This document shows positions 1 to 11,400 of a stretch of DNA of 64,000 bases, piece by piece; position 1 is the stretch's first letter, and each line of letters starts with the position of its first letter. Source of the stretch: Phyllobates terribilis. Its lineage: Eukaryota. The notes beneath the pieces are model-generated. The model was not told the origin of the DNA, did no database searches, and worked only from the letters and a program-made list of their open reading frames with translations. The DNA lies in contig NW_027362773.1 of assembly GCF_046119375.1 (NCBI RefSeq), positions 110,794,001 to 110,858,000 on the forward strand. The letters run 5' to 3'. A program made the translations under genes and the position numbers.

Positions 1-240
1 CTCACTCTGCTCTGAAGCTGAATCCAAAAAGTCTCATTGTCCCAACGCCTCCCAAGAGGCAAAGCTGTCTGGGAGAGCACAGGTCGGACTAATGATGTGA
101 CCATGCTGCTGGCCCAAATTATCCATCTGCAGAAGCACACTGCCCCCAGCAAAGCAGGAAGGAAGGGGATGTTAACAGTGCATTCCTGAAGATTCAATTT
201 GAGAAAACCCCTCCAAGGCCTTTTCAGGCCTGGTCTTTAA

Positions 241-1449
241 CCCCTTTATGACCGGAGCATTTTCCGTTTTCGTTTTTTGCTCCCTTCCTTTCCTGAGAAA
301 TTTATTTTTTGTCAATATGGCCGTGTAAGGGCTTATTTTTTGAGGGACAAGTTGCACTTTTAAAACGCCATCACTGGTTTTACCATATCGTGTACTGGAA
401 AAAAAAAAAATGCAATTCCACAGTTTGTTTTTATTTTACCACGTTCACTGAATGCTAAAACTGACCTGCCATTATTATTCTCCAGTTCGTAGACACCAAA
501 CATGTATAGGTTCTTTTTTATAAAAGTGGTGAAAAAAAATTCAAAAGTTTGCTAAAAAAAAAGAAAAAAGAATTTGCACCATTTTCCGAGACCAGTAGAG
601 TCTCCATTTTTCGGGATCTGGGGCCGGGTGAAGGCTTATTTTATACGCGCCGAGCTTACGTTTTTTTATTTATACCATTTTGGGGTAGATCAGATGTTTT
701 CATCGCCTGTTATTGCAATGTTATGGCGACCAAAAAAAAAAGTAATTCTGGCGTTTGGAATTTTTTTTCTTGTTACGCCGTTTACCGATCAGATAATTTT
801 TTTTTTATATTGATAGATTGGGTGATTCTGAACATGGCGATACCAAATATGTGTATGTGGGGTTTCTTTTTTATTATTTTATTTTGAATGGGGCAAAAGG
901 GGGGTGATTTAAACTTTTATATTTTTTTAAATTTAATATTTTTAAAAACTTATTTTTTTTTTTTTGCTTGCTTCAATAGTCTCCATAGGAGACTAGAAGC
1001 TGCAGCTGTCCGATCGGCTCTGCTACATACAGGCGGTAATAAGAAGATCGCCTCTATGTAGTAGAAATGCTCATGTGCTATGAGCGCCGACCACTAGGTG
1101 CCGCTCATAGCAATCTTTACATAATCACAGGGGTCTGCTGCAGACCCCGGCTTGTCATGCCCACACATCAGTGACCCGCGATCATGTGACGGGGTCATCG
1201 ATGGGCAGGGTAAGTGACGCGCTTCTGGCGCGGCGCTGTTAAATGCCGCTGTCAGAGATTGACAGCGGCATTTAACTAGTTAACAGCAGCAGGTGGATCG
1301 CGATTCCACCCGCGGCTGTTGCGGGCACATGTCAGCTGTAAAAATCAGCTGACATGCGGCCCGGTTCAGTGCGGGCTTAGCGCCGGAGCCAGCACTGAAC
1401 AGGGGGTGCCAACATGGTGCGTACCATTACTGACCACGTTGGAAAAGAG
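241..1449. mobile_element. Non-autonomous piggyBac-like DNA transposon
   Basis: TTAA at 237-240 followed by CCCCTT; ends GGAAAAGAG followed by TTAA (1450-1453); internal blocks resemble those at 18230-18655 and 41450-42086; no ORF. Confidence 0.55.
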
Positions 1450-1453
1450 TTAA

Positions 1454-1768
1454 AGGGCTTTGCCTGCTATATTTTTAACAGTAAAAGAAAAAAAGAAGGC
1501 ATACTTACCGCCAGAATCTGCCCCCCACTCCAACAGTATTCACCAACCTTGAATTAATCAATCACCTGAGCCTGCAGCCAATCAGTCGCCGTCTGGTCAC
1601 TGGTGTCATTACTTCTGAACTGGCGGAGACTGTTGGAGTGGCAGTGCTGGAGCTAGGAGGGGTGAGTTCTGGTAGTACTTATGTTTTTTTTTTTTGTTTT
1701 TTTTTTACTATTTCCATGGTGACTTCCCAGTGTTACAATTTAAAAATAAAATGAAATGAAATACCTCT
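1454..1768. mobile_element. T2/Kolobok-type MITE
   Basis: TTAA-AGGGC...TACCTCT-TTAA termini; shares its left TTAA with the previous element. Confidence 0.45.
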
Positions 1769-2361
1769 TTAAGGGGGCTAAGCTGTGAAGTTAACAAGTC
1801 TACAGCCTATTTGCCGATAACAGACATGCTGCTGAAATCAAGGTCTCTGTCACTACTTCATGATACCCTCGATAGGGGCAGTATAAACCTAGTGATAGAT
1901 TCTCGTTAAGGTGCGGATGACCTAAAGCATCAAAAACAATATTTTGCATTAAGGCAACAAAAGGGATATTTATGCTCCAGCGCCTCCCAAAACGCTCTGA
2001 TGTTCCAGGGAAAAGCGTTAGAAAGAAGTGTTGGTCGGGGACTATAGGGAGACGTGACTAGTCTGGCTTGGCCCTTGGCTAGGTCTCTCCATATATTATA
2101 TTAAATTATTTATTTATATATATATTATACACACATACACGGTAGAGATCTGTCAATCAACTAAATAAGTTCTGTTTCATGCAGCCAGTGGTTTAGGCAG
2201 CAATAATTGAATGACAGGTTCTCTTTAATTATCCTTCCTAGAGATCAGAGTGTGATGAATTGATATACACATTGATTTTTCTCATGAACATTATTTTATT
2301 TAGCAAACAACTGTGTCTTTGGTAAAATCAATCTAGATAAAATCGCTTATAAGAGGCTCAC

Positions 2362-2493
2362 CCGGGTCAATATAGTAAATGCCTCTGGATCCAGTATAAA
2401 TATTTCTCCACTTTCTGTACCTATCACTAGACAGCACACAGCGTCTTCATCTGCCATGTTCTTCTTCAAGGTCCCCATACAGGTGATCACGGT
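2362..2493 (-). CDS. BBS1: BBS1 coding exon 8
   Basis: 132 nt, [44 protein letters not shown]; tttag acceptor, gtgag donor. Confidence 0.95.
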
Positions 2494-5400
2494 CTAAACA
2501 CAGGTTAGAAATAAGTTAGTTGTTTGCATCCGTTTAGAGGGAAATAATTGTGTTAGATACAAATAGATTGAGAAAAAAATGAAAATACTACAATATCTTA
2601 TAGGTCTAGAGAAAAACTTATAAACCAAAGTTCTTAGTATTGCAACATCCTGCTGGTATTTTCTTGCCTGTGGCGAGGACAGCATCAATCTCCTGACAGG
2701 TGCATCCTAATCCACCAGTTTGCAACCCATTTAATAATGGATTTGGTGTGTTTGTAAAATAGATGTAAAGGAACAGTGAAAAAAAAAAATAAGGTCCCAC
2801 CGAGATTTGAACTCGGATCGCTGGATTCAGAGTCCAGAGTGCTAACCATTACACCATGGAACCTCACACGCTGGGTGAGAGTCAGCACTGCTTCCTGTGA
2901 CCCTTGTCTACCAAAATGACCTTTGTTGGAATAATATTTATTTCAGCAGCAGAATGGAAGGAAGGGAGACACAGACATTACTAGTGGGTAGGCGGAGCCC
3001 ACACAGGATAGAACACCTCAGATTACAAAAAAGTGTTGACCGGCCCCTCCAGCTTGGGCTCCTCCTACTCCAGCTCTCCAGTCTAAAATTTGAGGTCACA
3101 GAGGATGGTCGCTGCTGGAAGCAGCTCCTCAGAAATTTTTTTTATTTTTATCGGACAGAGACTTGGACCCCCTGTGGTCTAGAGGTCTCAGCGCTGCTGG
3201 ACCCCCACCCCTCCCCTGGCGGATCTGCATACCCTTTATGGTGGTCCCTGCAGAACCCTGCCGGCCCCGGGGGATGAAGGACGCTTCCCGGAGGAGACGC
3301 AAACCGCGCCATTGGGGTCCCTGCGCGCTCCGTCCTGGGGGGGAAGCTAAGGGCCACAGCGCCACAAATCCCTGGGGGTCCCTGTGGCGCTCAGCTGGGT
3401 GAGTACTCAGCATTTGTAAATGTGTTTGAGTGCTTCAGCGGCTGCTGCGGCGGCCGCTGTTACATGTACCGTTGGTGACTGTGTTTTTCGTCCGCAGGTG
3501 GATCCCTGCAGGACATGTGAAGCGGGGCAGGAGCGGAGAGCGGAGGAGTCGCGCGCTTTTTTGAATACCGGCGGGGGGCGTGGCTTCGTGCCTTCCCGGT
3601 CTTTTCGCGGGCAGGTAGCGCTCGCTTTCTCCTGTCCCTCCCCTTCCGGCTTCTCTCTTCACTGCGCGGCGGCCATTTCTGACGGCCTCCTCCGGCTCCT
3701 CACTCTCCTCTCCTCCCGTCAGAGCCGAAGAACGCTGCACCGCGGCCAGCTGGGTGAGTCGCTTCTGCCTGTCAGGGCAGAAGCTTAACCTCCTCACCCC
3801 CACAGCGCAGGGCACCTTTCTGCGGCACAATTAGGTGGCAGACTGCGCTGCCCTGCAGCTGCTACCTCATATAGAGGTTTTTTTGTCTGGGACTTGCACA
3901 CCTCTTTCATTTATCAGAGGTTGTGGGGAGTCTGCTGCATTAACCCCCTGGTAGGCGGTTAACCCTTAATTGGGGGACAGCTGGGGTAGCTCTCCCTGTA
4001 AGAGCCTTAACCCTTCAGCGTTCGTTTCTTTCCTTTTAGAAGCCATACTGTCCTAGTTACTGACAGGCTTAAGCCTGCTATATACTGTGTGAGGGCATGT
4101 CAGATCAGGGTCCAGGAGGCGCGGTCCGTCTCCCAGGTCCGCTACAGGATCAGTCTCGCGTATCTGACTCGCAGGAGTCCTCGACGGCGTCAAGTGCAGC
4201 GCAGGTCGGGGGGACTCAGTGATGTTAAAATGGAGGCTCTCACTCGTTCTATTGATAGCCTGTCTGACCTTCTAGGTCATTGGGTGTCAGCTAGATCCCA
4301 ACTGTCTTCCCATGGCAGGAAGCGCCACAGGCCGGTACTGTCCTCCCCGCGCAGCGACTCGGAGATCTCTGATATGGAGGGTTCCCCTTCAAACTCTGCT
4401 GGGGAGATGTCCGATTCGGATAAAGAGGATCGGCAGGGGCGCTCTGCCTCTCTTTTGGGCCGTGTGGATGCTTTTATTGGAGCTATGAGGGAGGCGTTAC
4501 AGTTACCGGAGGAGGTAGCTAGACGCCCTGGTAAGTCGGCCCGGCTTTTTCAGGAGTCGCATAGGTCGCGGTCAACGTTACCATCTCCGGATGAACTTGA
4601 TGGGGCGGTGGAGAAGGAACGCCTGTGTCCAGATAAGCGTTTTCAGGGGACACGTTTTTTTGAGGCACTGTATCCGTGTTCTACGGAGTCGATTGCTAAT
4701 TGGATTCCTTCTCCTGAAGTGGATGTCCCTTTATCCCAGCTTAGCAAATCTTCATTACTTCCTGTTAAAGGGAAGGAGAGTCTGCAGGATCCGCTGGACA
4801 GAAAAACGGAGATGGCGGCTAAATCCATCTACGAGGCCGCGGGTCATGGATTCAGAGCGGCTTTAGGAGCCATGTGTGCTGGTGAAGCTTCCCTGAGGTG
4901 GTTGGACCGCCTACGGACGGCGTGGCAAGATGGATCCCCGCTATCCGAGGTAGAAGGGCTTTTCAAGTTGTTAGAAGAGGCAGCGCGATATGGCAGAGAT
5001 GCAGTTCTGGATACTACGTCACTGCTGTCCAGGGCGCAATCCTCGGCTGTCACAGTCAGAAGAGCACTGTGGCTTAAGCAGTGGACCGGAGACGCGGTTT
5101 CCAAGCAAGGTTTGCTGTGTTTAGCTTACAAGGGTGGTCAGCTGTTTGGGTCTGACCTCACGGAACTGATTGCGAAGGCCAAGGCAAAAGAAATGGCTTT
5201 ACCGCAGCGTAGAGCTGTGGCTTCTGCGTCTGGCAAGTCTATTGCCGGTAGTAGTCGGCGGCCCTTTTGGCCCAGGGGACGGTTCGGTCAGCCCTCTTGG
5301 GGATCGGGTCGTCCCTTGTTTTCGGGAAAAAAGATCTCTCAGAAATCCCGCACTCCCTGGAAACAGAACTTCCGTCAAGACAAACGGGAAGCTGACAAAA

Positions 5401-8400
5401 AGCCTGCTAAGGCGGACTGACGCCAGGGTTTCACTCGAGGGTCCTCGAGTGGGGGGGGTCGCCTGCTCCAGTTCGAGTCGACTTGGGCGTCCCACGTTTC
5501 AGACGCCTGGGTGACGCGGGTTGTGTCGGCAGGCTATTTCATAGAGTTTCTTTCTCGACCCCCGGACAGATTTTGCCAATCTCGCATTCCGTCAGAGCCC
5601 GAGCTAGCTACCGCTCTACGGCTGGAGGTAGATTCCCTTCTGCAGAATGGTGTGGTGGTGCCGGTTCCGCCGGAGGATTGGGGAAGGGGGTTTTACTCCA
5701 ACCTCTTTGTGTTCCCAAAAAGGAGGACAAATTTCGCCCCATTCTGGATCTCAAAAAATTGAATCTGCATGTCCGGACCCGGAAATTCCACATGGAGTCG
5801 CTTCGCTCAGTTGTGGCGGCTCTGTCGCAGAACAATTTTTTAGTGTCAATCGACATTCGCGACGCTTATTTGCATATTCCCATCGGAAGGGCTCACCAGC
5901 GCTTCGTACGTTTTGCCATAGGTCAGGACCATTACCAGTTTGTGGCCCTGCCATTCGGGTTGGCATCAGCGCCCAGAGTTTTTACAAAAATTCTGGCGCC
6001 TCTCATGGCGATCCTTCGAAGGCAGGGGGTGGCAATTCTTCCCTATCTAGACGACCTTTTGATTGTGGCGTCCACAGAGGAGGAGGCGGTGAGGGCTCGC
6101 AATCTATCCCTTCAGCTCCTGGAGGACTTCGGATGGCTAGTCAATTGGAAGAAGTCATCTCTGGAACCGTCGCAGTCAATCCTGTTTTTGGCGATGCACT
6201 TCGACACGGTACGGGCAGTGGTGTCCTTGCCTCCGGACAAGCAAGCAAGTCTTCGTCAACATGTACAGGTTATGAAGTCTTCGACAGCAATGTCCCTTCG
6301 AAGGTGTATGCGCCTTCTGGGTTTGATGGTGGCGTCAATGGAAGCGGTCCCGTTTGCTCAATTTCATTCCAGGGGTCTCCAAATGCTCATTCTGACCCGT
6401 TGGGATCGATCGCAGGCTTCGCTGGATCGCAGTGTCATCATCTCCCACAGGGTGCGAGAGTCTCTAGGATGGTGGTTACATCCAGAAGCGTTATCCCAGG
6501 GGAAGTCCTTCCTCCTTCCGCGATGGTCGGTCATAACCACCGATGCCAGTCTGACGGGCTGGGGGGGGGTCTGGAACGATCTCTGGGTTCAGGGAGTATG
6601 GTCGTCAGAAGAGTCTGTCCTGCCGATCAACCTCCTGGAGTTGAGGGCGATTTTCCTTTGCCTCCAACACTGGACGGTCCCTTTAAGCGGTCTGCCAGTC
6701 CGAATGCAGACAGACAACGCGACGGCGGCCGCGTATATCAACCATCAAGGTGGGACGAGGAGCTCCAGGCTCATGATGGAGGTCTCCCAGATCATGGTAT
6801 GGGCCGAAGCCAGGGTTCCAGCCATCTCCGTGATTCACATCCCAGGAGTCCAGAATATCACGGCGGACTTCCTCAGTCGCGAGAAGGTGGATCCCGGAGA
6901 ATGGAGTCTTCATCCGGAAGTTTTTGCACTACTGTGCTCCCGTTGGGGAACTCCCCAAGTGGATTTGATGGCATCCAGGTTCAACGCCAGGTTACCGACG
7001 TTCATGTCCAGGTACAAGGACCCGGAGGCTGTGGCGGTGGATGCTCTAGTGGCTCCGTGGGACCAATTCGAGCTGATCTATGTGTTTCCGCCGATATCCT
7101 TACTTCCTCTGGTGTTACGTCGGATCAAACTGGAGAGAGTCTCGGCTATGTTGGTGGCCCCAGATTGGTTAAGGAGGACGTGGTTCTCAACGCTGGTGTC
7201 GCTTCTGGCAGTGCCTCTGCTTCCACTTCCACTTCGCCCGGACCTGTTAACCCAGGGGCCCATTCGTCATCCGGACCTGAAGTCTCTGCGTTTGACGGCA
7301 TGGCTCTTGAGACCGAAATCTTGACCCGTCAAGGATTTTCAGCCGAAGACTTGGGAAGCCTTCTTCTCGTGGTGTTCCGGTTCTTCAAGGAACCCGAGGA
7401 TTTTTTTCCATTCCCAATTTGTTGGCCTTTTTGCAGTATGGGCTGGACAAGGGTTTGGCAGTTAGCACCCTGAAGGGTCAGGTTTCCGCTCTATCCTTGC
7501 TGTTTCGGAAGGCTATCGCCTCGCGTAGGGACGTACGTTCCTTTTTTCGCGGGGTAATCCGTCAATTTCCGCCGCAGAAGGCACTTGTGACTCCTTGGCG
7601 GCTCAATCTTGTCTTGGAGGCTCTTCAACATGGGCCTTTTGAGCCTATGGACTCTGTTAGCCTTTCATTGCTTTCCTGGAAGCTTGCCTTCCAGGTGGCG
7701 GTCACCTCTTTGAGAAGGGTTTCTGAGTTGGCGGCTCTTTCTTGCTCGCCTCCTTTTCTGGAGTTTCACCCGGATCGTGTAGTGCTTCGCACACGGGGCG
7801 ACTTTCTACCTAAGGTGGTGTCACAATTTCATGTTAACCAGGATATTGTGTTGCCCTCGCTCTGTCCAGAGCCGAGGAATGCGAAGGAACGGGCCTTGCA
7901 CACTTTGGATTTGGTGCGGGCGTTAAAGTTCTATTTGTCTATTACTCAAGGTTTTCGGAAGTCGGACTCACTTTTTGTAATTCCGGCAGGTCGTCGTCGT
8001 GGTCAACGAACTTCCAAGGACACTATAGCTCGATGGATTCGGTCGGCCATTTTAGAAGCTTACCGATTTAAGGGCGAGCCTTGCCCAATTAAGATTCGAG
8101 CTCACTCCACGAGAGCTGTGGGTTCATCGTGGGCTTTTCATCAAGGGGCCTCGGCAGCTCAACTCTGCCGGGCGGCTACCTGGTGCTCCGTCCACACTTT
8201 TACAAAGTTTTATAAGGTGGACGTCAGTGCTTCCGCGGATGCGGCCTTAGGACGTAGGGTCCTGCAGTTTAGGTTATCTCCTTAACTTGTGTTTAGCGCT
8301 GGTTGCGCATTTATCTAAGTTGTTGGGAATCTGCCTTTGTTGTTTTTTCCACCCTTAATTTCTGGACTGCTTTGGGACGTCCCACTAGTAATGTCTGTGT

Positions 8401-11400
8401 CTCCCTTCCTTCCATTCTGCTGCTGAAAGACGGATTTTGGTAAGAACTTACCTGTAAAATGCTTTTCAGCGAAGGAAGGAAGGGAGACACAGCTCCCTCC
8501 CATGGCAGAAGTGTGTTGTTGTGTTTTCAGATGCGGCGTAACCCTTCTCTGATGGCGGTTATCTGGGCTGGGGTCGGCGCGCTAAGGCTCTGTTCCAGCA
8601 TTGCCAGCTCATCGCAGTGGTCAGGTCCAGTGAGTAGTACCTGGGACTGTGTGTTTTTTTCTGTTATATGCATAACCTGTCTTCTTGCTTTTTTCTAAGT
8701 TTTTCAGAAGGGGTTGTGTTGCTCCGCTGGTGTTAATTGCTCTTCCTTAGCTTGTGTACGGACTGGAGAGCTGGAGTAGGAGGAGCCCAAGCTGGAGGGG
8801 CCGGTCAACACTTTTTTGTAATCTGAGGCGTTCTATCCTGTGTGGGCTCCGCCTACCCACTAGTAATGTCTGTGTCTCCCTTCCTTCCTTCGCTGAAAAG
8901 GATTTTACAGGTAAGTTCTTACCAAAATCCGTCTTTTATTAAATTCCTTGAAGTAATTATAATAACGATAAATGCAGTAAGTGTAGAAAATGGAAATTGT
9001 CTCAGAAGATAAAAAAGTTATGCCTCCCCGTCGGGGAATCGAACCCCGGTCTCCCGCGTGACAGGCGGGGATACTTACCACTATACTAACGAGGATTGAC
9101 TTACTACTTTTAAAGCTCATGTCCAATTTTGATCCCAGTGTCGGAGCGAAATCTGCAATGCAAGCCTAGGAGTCTGCGGTAAAAAAAAAACAAACAAAAT
9201 CGGACTGCACACGGATGACTTGAGTGTCGTCTGATTTTCACGGGCTGTCAGAATGGAGACAGTGGAGTAACTTTTTGTTTTGTCTGTGCGTTTGACAAAA
9301 ACTGATGTCAGTTAGATCAAAGTCTGATCAGAGTAATTGGACCATTTTTTTCAGATGTGGAGAAAACAGTCTTGTGACCCTACCCCAAGAGTGATTAGGT
9401 ATTCATGGTAACACAGGCAAAAAAAAGGAAAAATGGTTACTAATGACAATCCCAATGTTCATTTCTAATAAGGTAGTCGGTGTCCATTTTGGTGGAGTCA
9501 AATATGGATTGTCCTGTGCCACCAGCAAACCATTTTTTTTATGTATACAAGCTTGTCCTCGTTAGTATAGTGGCAAGTATCTTTTACAATGCTTTTTAAA
9601 ATATTTTAGAAAATATCAGCAAGATGATCCTTCACAGTATTCTGGGGAGATTTGGGGCTGAAACACCATTAAGCCAATCCTCGTTAGTATAGTGGTAAGT
9701 ATCCCCGCCTGTCACACGGGAGACTGGGGTTCGATTCCCCGACGGGGAGGCATAGTTTTTTTTTTTTTTATTCCACCACTTTCTTGCATGTGAATAGAAT
9801 TTCATGATACTTCTCAGCAGGCCACAAAGTTTCAAAGTTTCTAAAGTCAGAGGCGCTGACTTTAGCTCACCTGATGATAGATGACCTTTTGGGCAACTGA
9901 AATGATCAGTTCACCTCAAAGAATGTTTTTGCTCGCTCGTTGGGTGATTGCCGTCCTGTTTGTAAGAAAACTTGCTCACGATAATTGTGCAGTCTAAATG
10001 GAGCTTTAACTTCCACCATAACGAGACTTTATAAAAGAACCAAAACGTACAAACACGTTGCAAGAGTCGGATAAGGTGTGGTGACTACAGACACTATAGC
10101 TCAAAAATTAGTGATTCAGACAGTCATTTCTTTTTTTTTCCCAAAGTGGAAGCACCAGATGAACTAATAATGCAAGGTTCCATGGTGTAATGGTTAGCAC
10201 TCTGGACTCTGAATCCAGCGATCCGAGTTCAAATCTCGGTGGGACCTGAAAGTTTTTTTTTTTTTCTCATTAATTTCTAAATACAAATTTGAACACATAG
10301 ATAACTATATCTTTATGTCAATTAATCATATTGTTTGTTTCAATTTTACAAATACACAACATAAAATTTCTAAAATAAATCCTGCTGGGGAACATATATA
10401 AAATGTCCTTTAAAAATGTGAACATTTTTCTAATACCTTACATCTACGCTGAACAGGTAAGGTCTCTATCTGATTGGTCTCTTTTAAAACAATATAGTAC
10501 CCGTGTCCCCCAATGAAGCGATAAAGAAATAGTATTTTACATACAGTATATAGGAAGGAGACAAATATAGTTACACTCACCAAAAAAAATAAAAATAAAT
10601 AAAGAGCTCACTGCTAGAACAAGACTGATAAAATACTCATCATCAAGTAAAAATACTGTCAGCTGTAACAAGGATTATCAAAGTAAGTACACCAGCCTTA
10701 TCGGGTCTAAATAGAGTTGTGCAAAAAAAGAGTAGCTGGACTCCAATTCAGCGGCCAAGTCGATAGTCTGTGGCTGCCAAAACAGAGCCCAATCATGATA
10801 TTGCTATGGGGTATTTTGGAGAACTTAAAAGTACACGTTTTTTTACTTCACTCACTTCCACATCGGGAGCAGAGCCGCAGACATCAATTCTACTGATACC
10901 TGTGAAGCTGCTTGCACAATTGTCGGGTATTTTCCACCGTTCCTATTCATTAGAACCTCCTGAACCCTTTCAGTTTTGGTAGGATTGGCTAACAGCAAGA
11001 AGCTGTCCCAACTCTTCCCCAAAGATATTTGGGGAAAGAAGTATCGATCGACAACATGCCCAATCTTGCTTTAGCAGGGGCTTATTCCTGTCTCCCTTTT
11101 GAGAATACATGTCTGCTTGGGAGCATGTTTATGGGAGGGAGGTGGGATTATCAGGAGGAACAGCTCTCGGACCACAGCTTTAGCATCCGCACATACTCAC
11201 TGAAGTTCCTTTGCTCTTTCGTATGTCACAACCCGTGCAAGAACAATAAGTTGCGTCGACCGCTGCTCCCTTCCTCTCGAATTTGTATGCAGTATAGATA
11301 TCTCAGAATCGCTCCATAAATTTTACTTGTAGCAGGATTTTCTATCTATTTAACCTAAGTCTAATTGTTACCTGTCGTTTCAGAGGCATCAGTTTATAGG

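Larger units (their letters stand above)
2941..8936 (+). mobile_element. Full-length DIRS1-like tyrosine recombinase retrotransposon (defective ORFs)
   Basis: TTT termini; 128-bp inverted terminal repeats 2956-3083 / 8761-8888 (1 mismatch); internal complementary region 8381-8492 matching both ends; gag-like, RT-RNaseH-MT and YR coding regions in DIRS order. Confidence 0.95.

Noticed and set aside
1-2361. BBS1 exon 9
   Set aside because: I found no matching peptide with splice sites; it probably lies left of the window.
3129-3830. Several 70-130 aa ORFs in the DIRS leader
   Set aside because: GC-rich sequence with few stops, overlapping on both strands, and no recognisable domain.
2928-8947. 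GGAAT/ATTCC inverted repeat around the reconstructed DIRS target as a recombinase site
   Set aside because: Only 5 bp, asymmetric spacing (8 versus 6 nt) and AT-rich context, so it is expected by chance.
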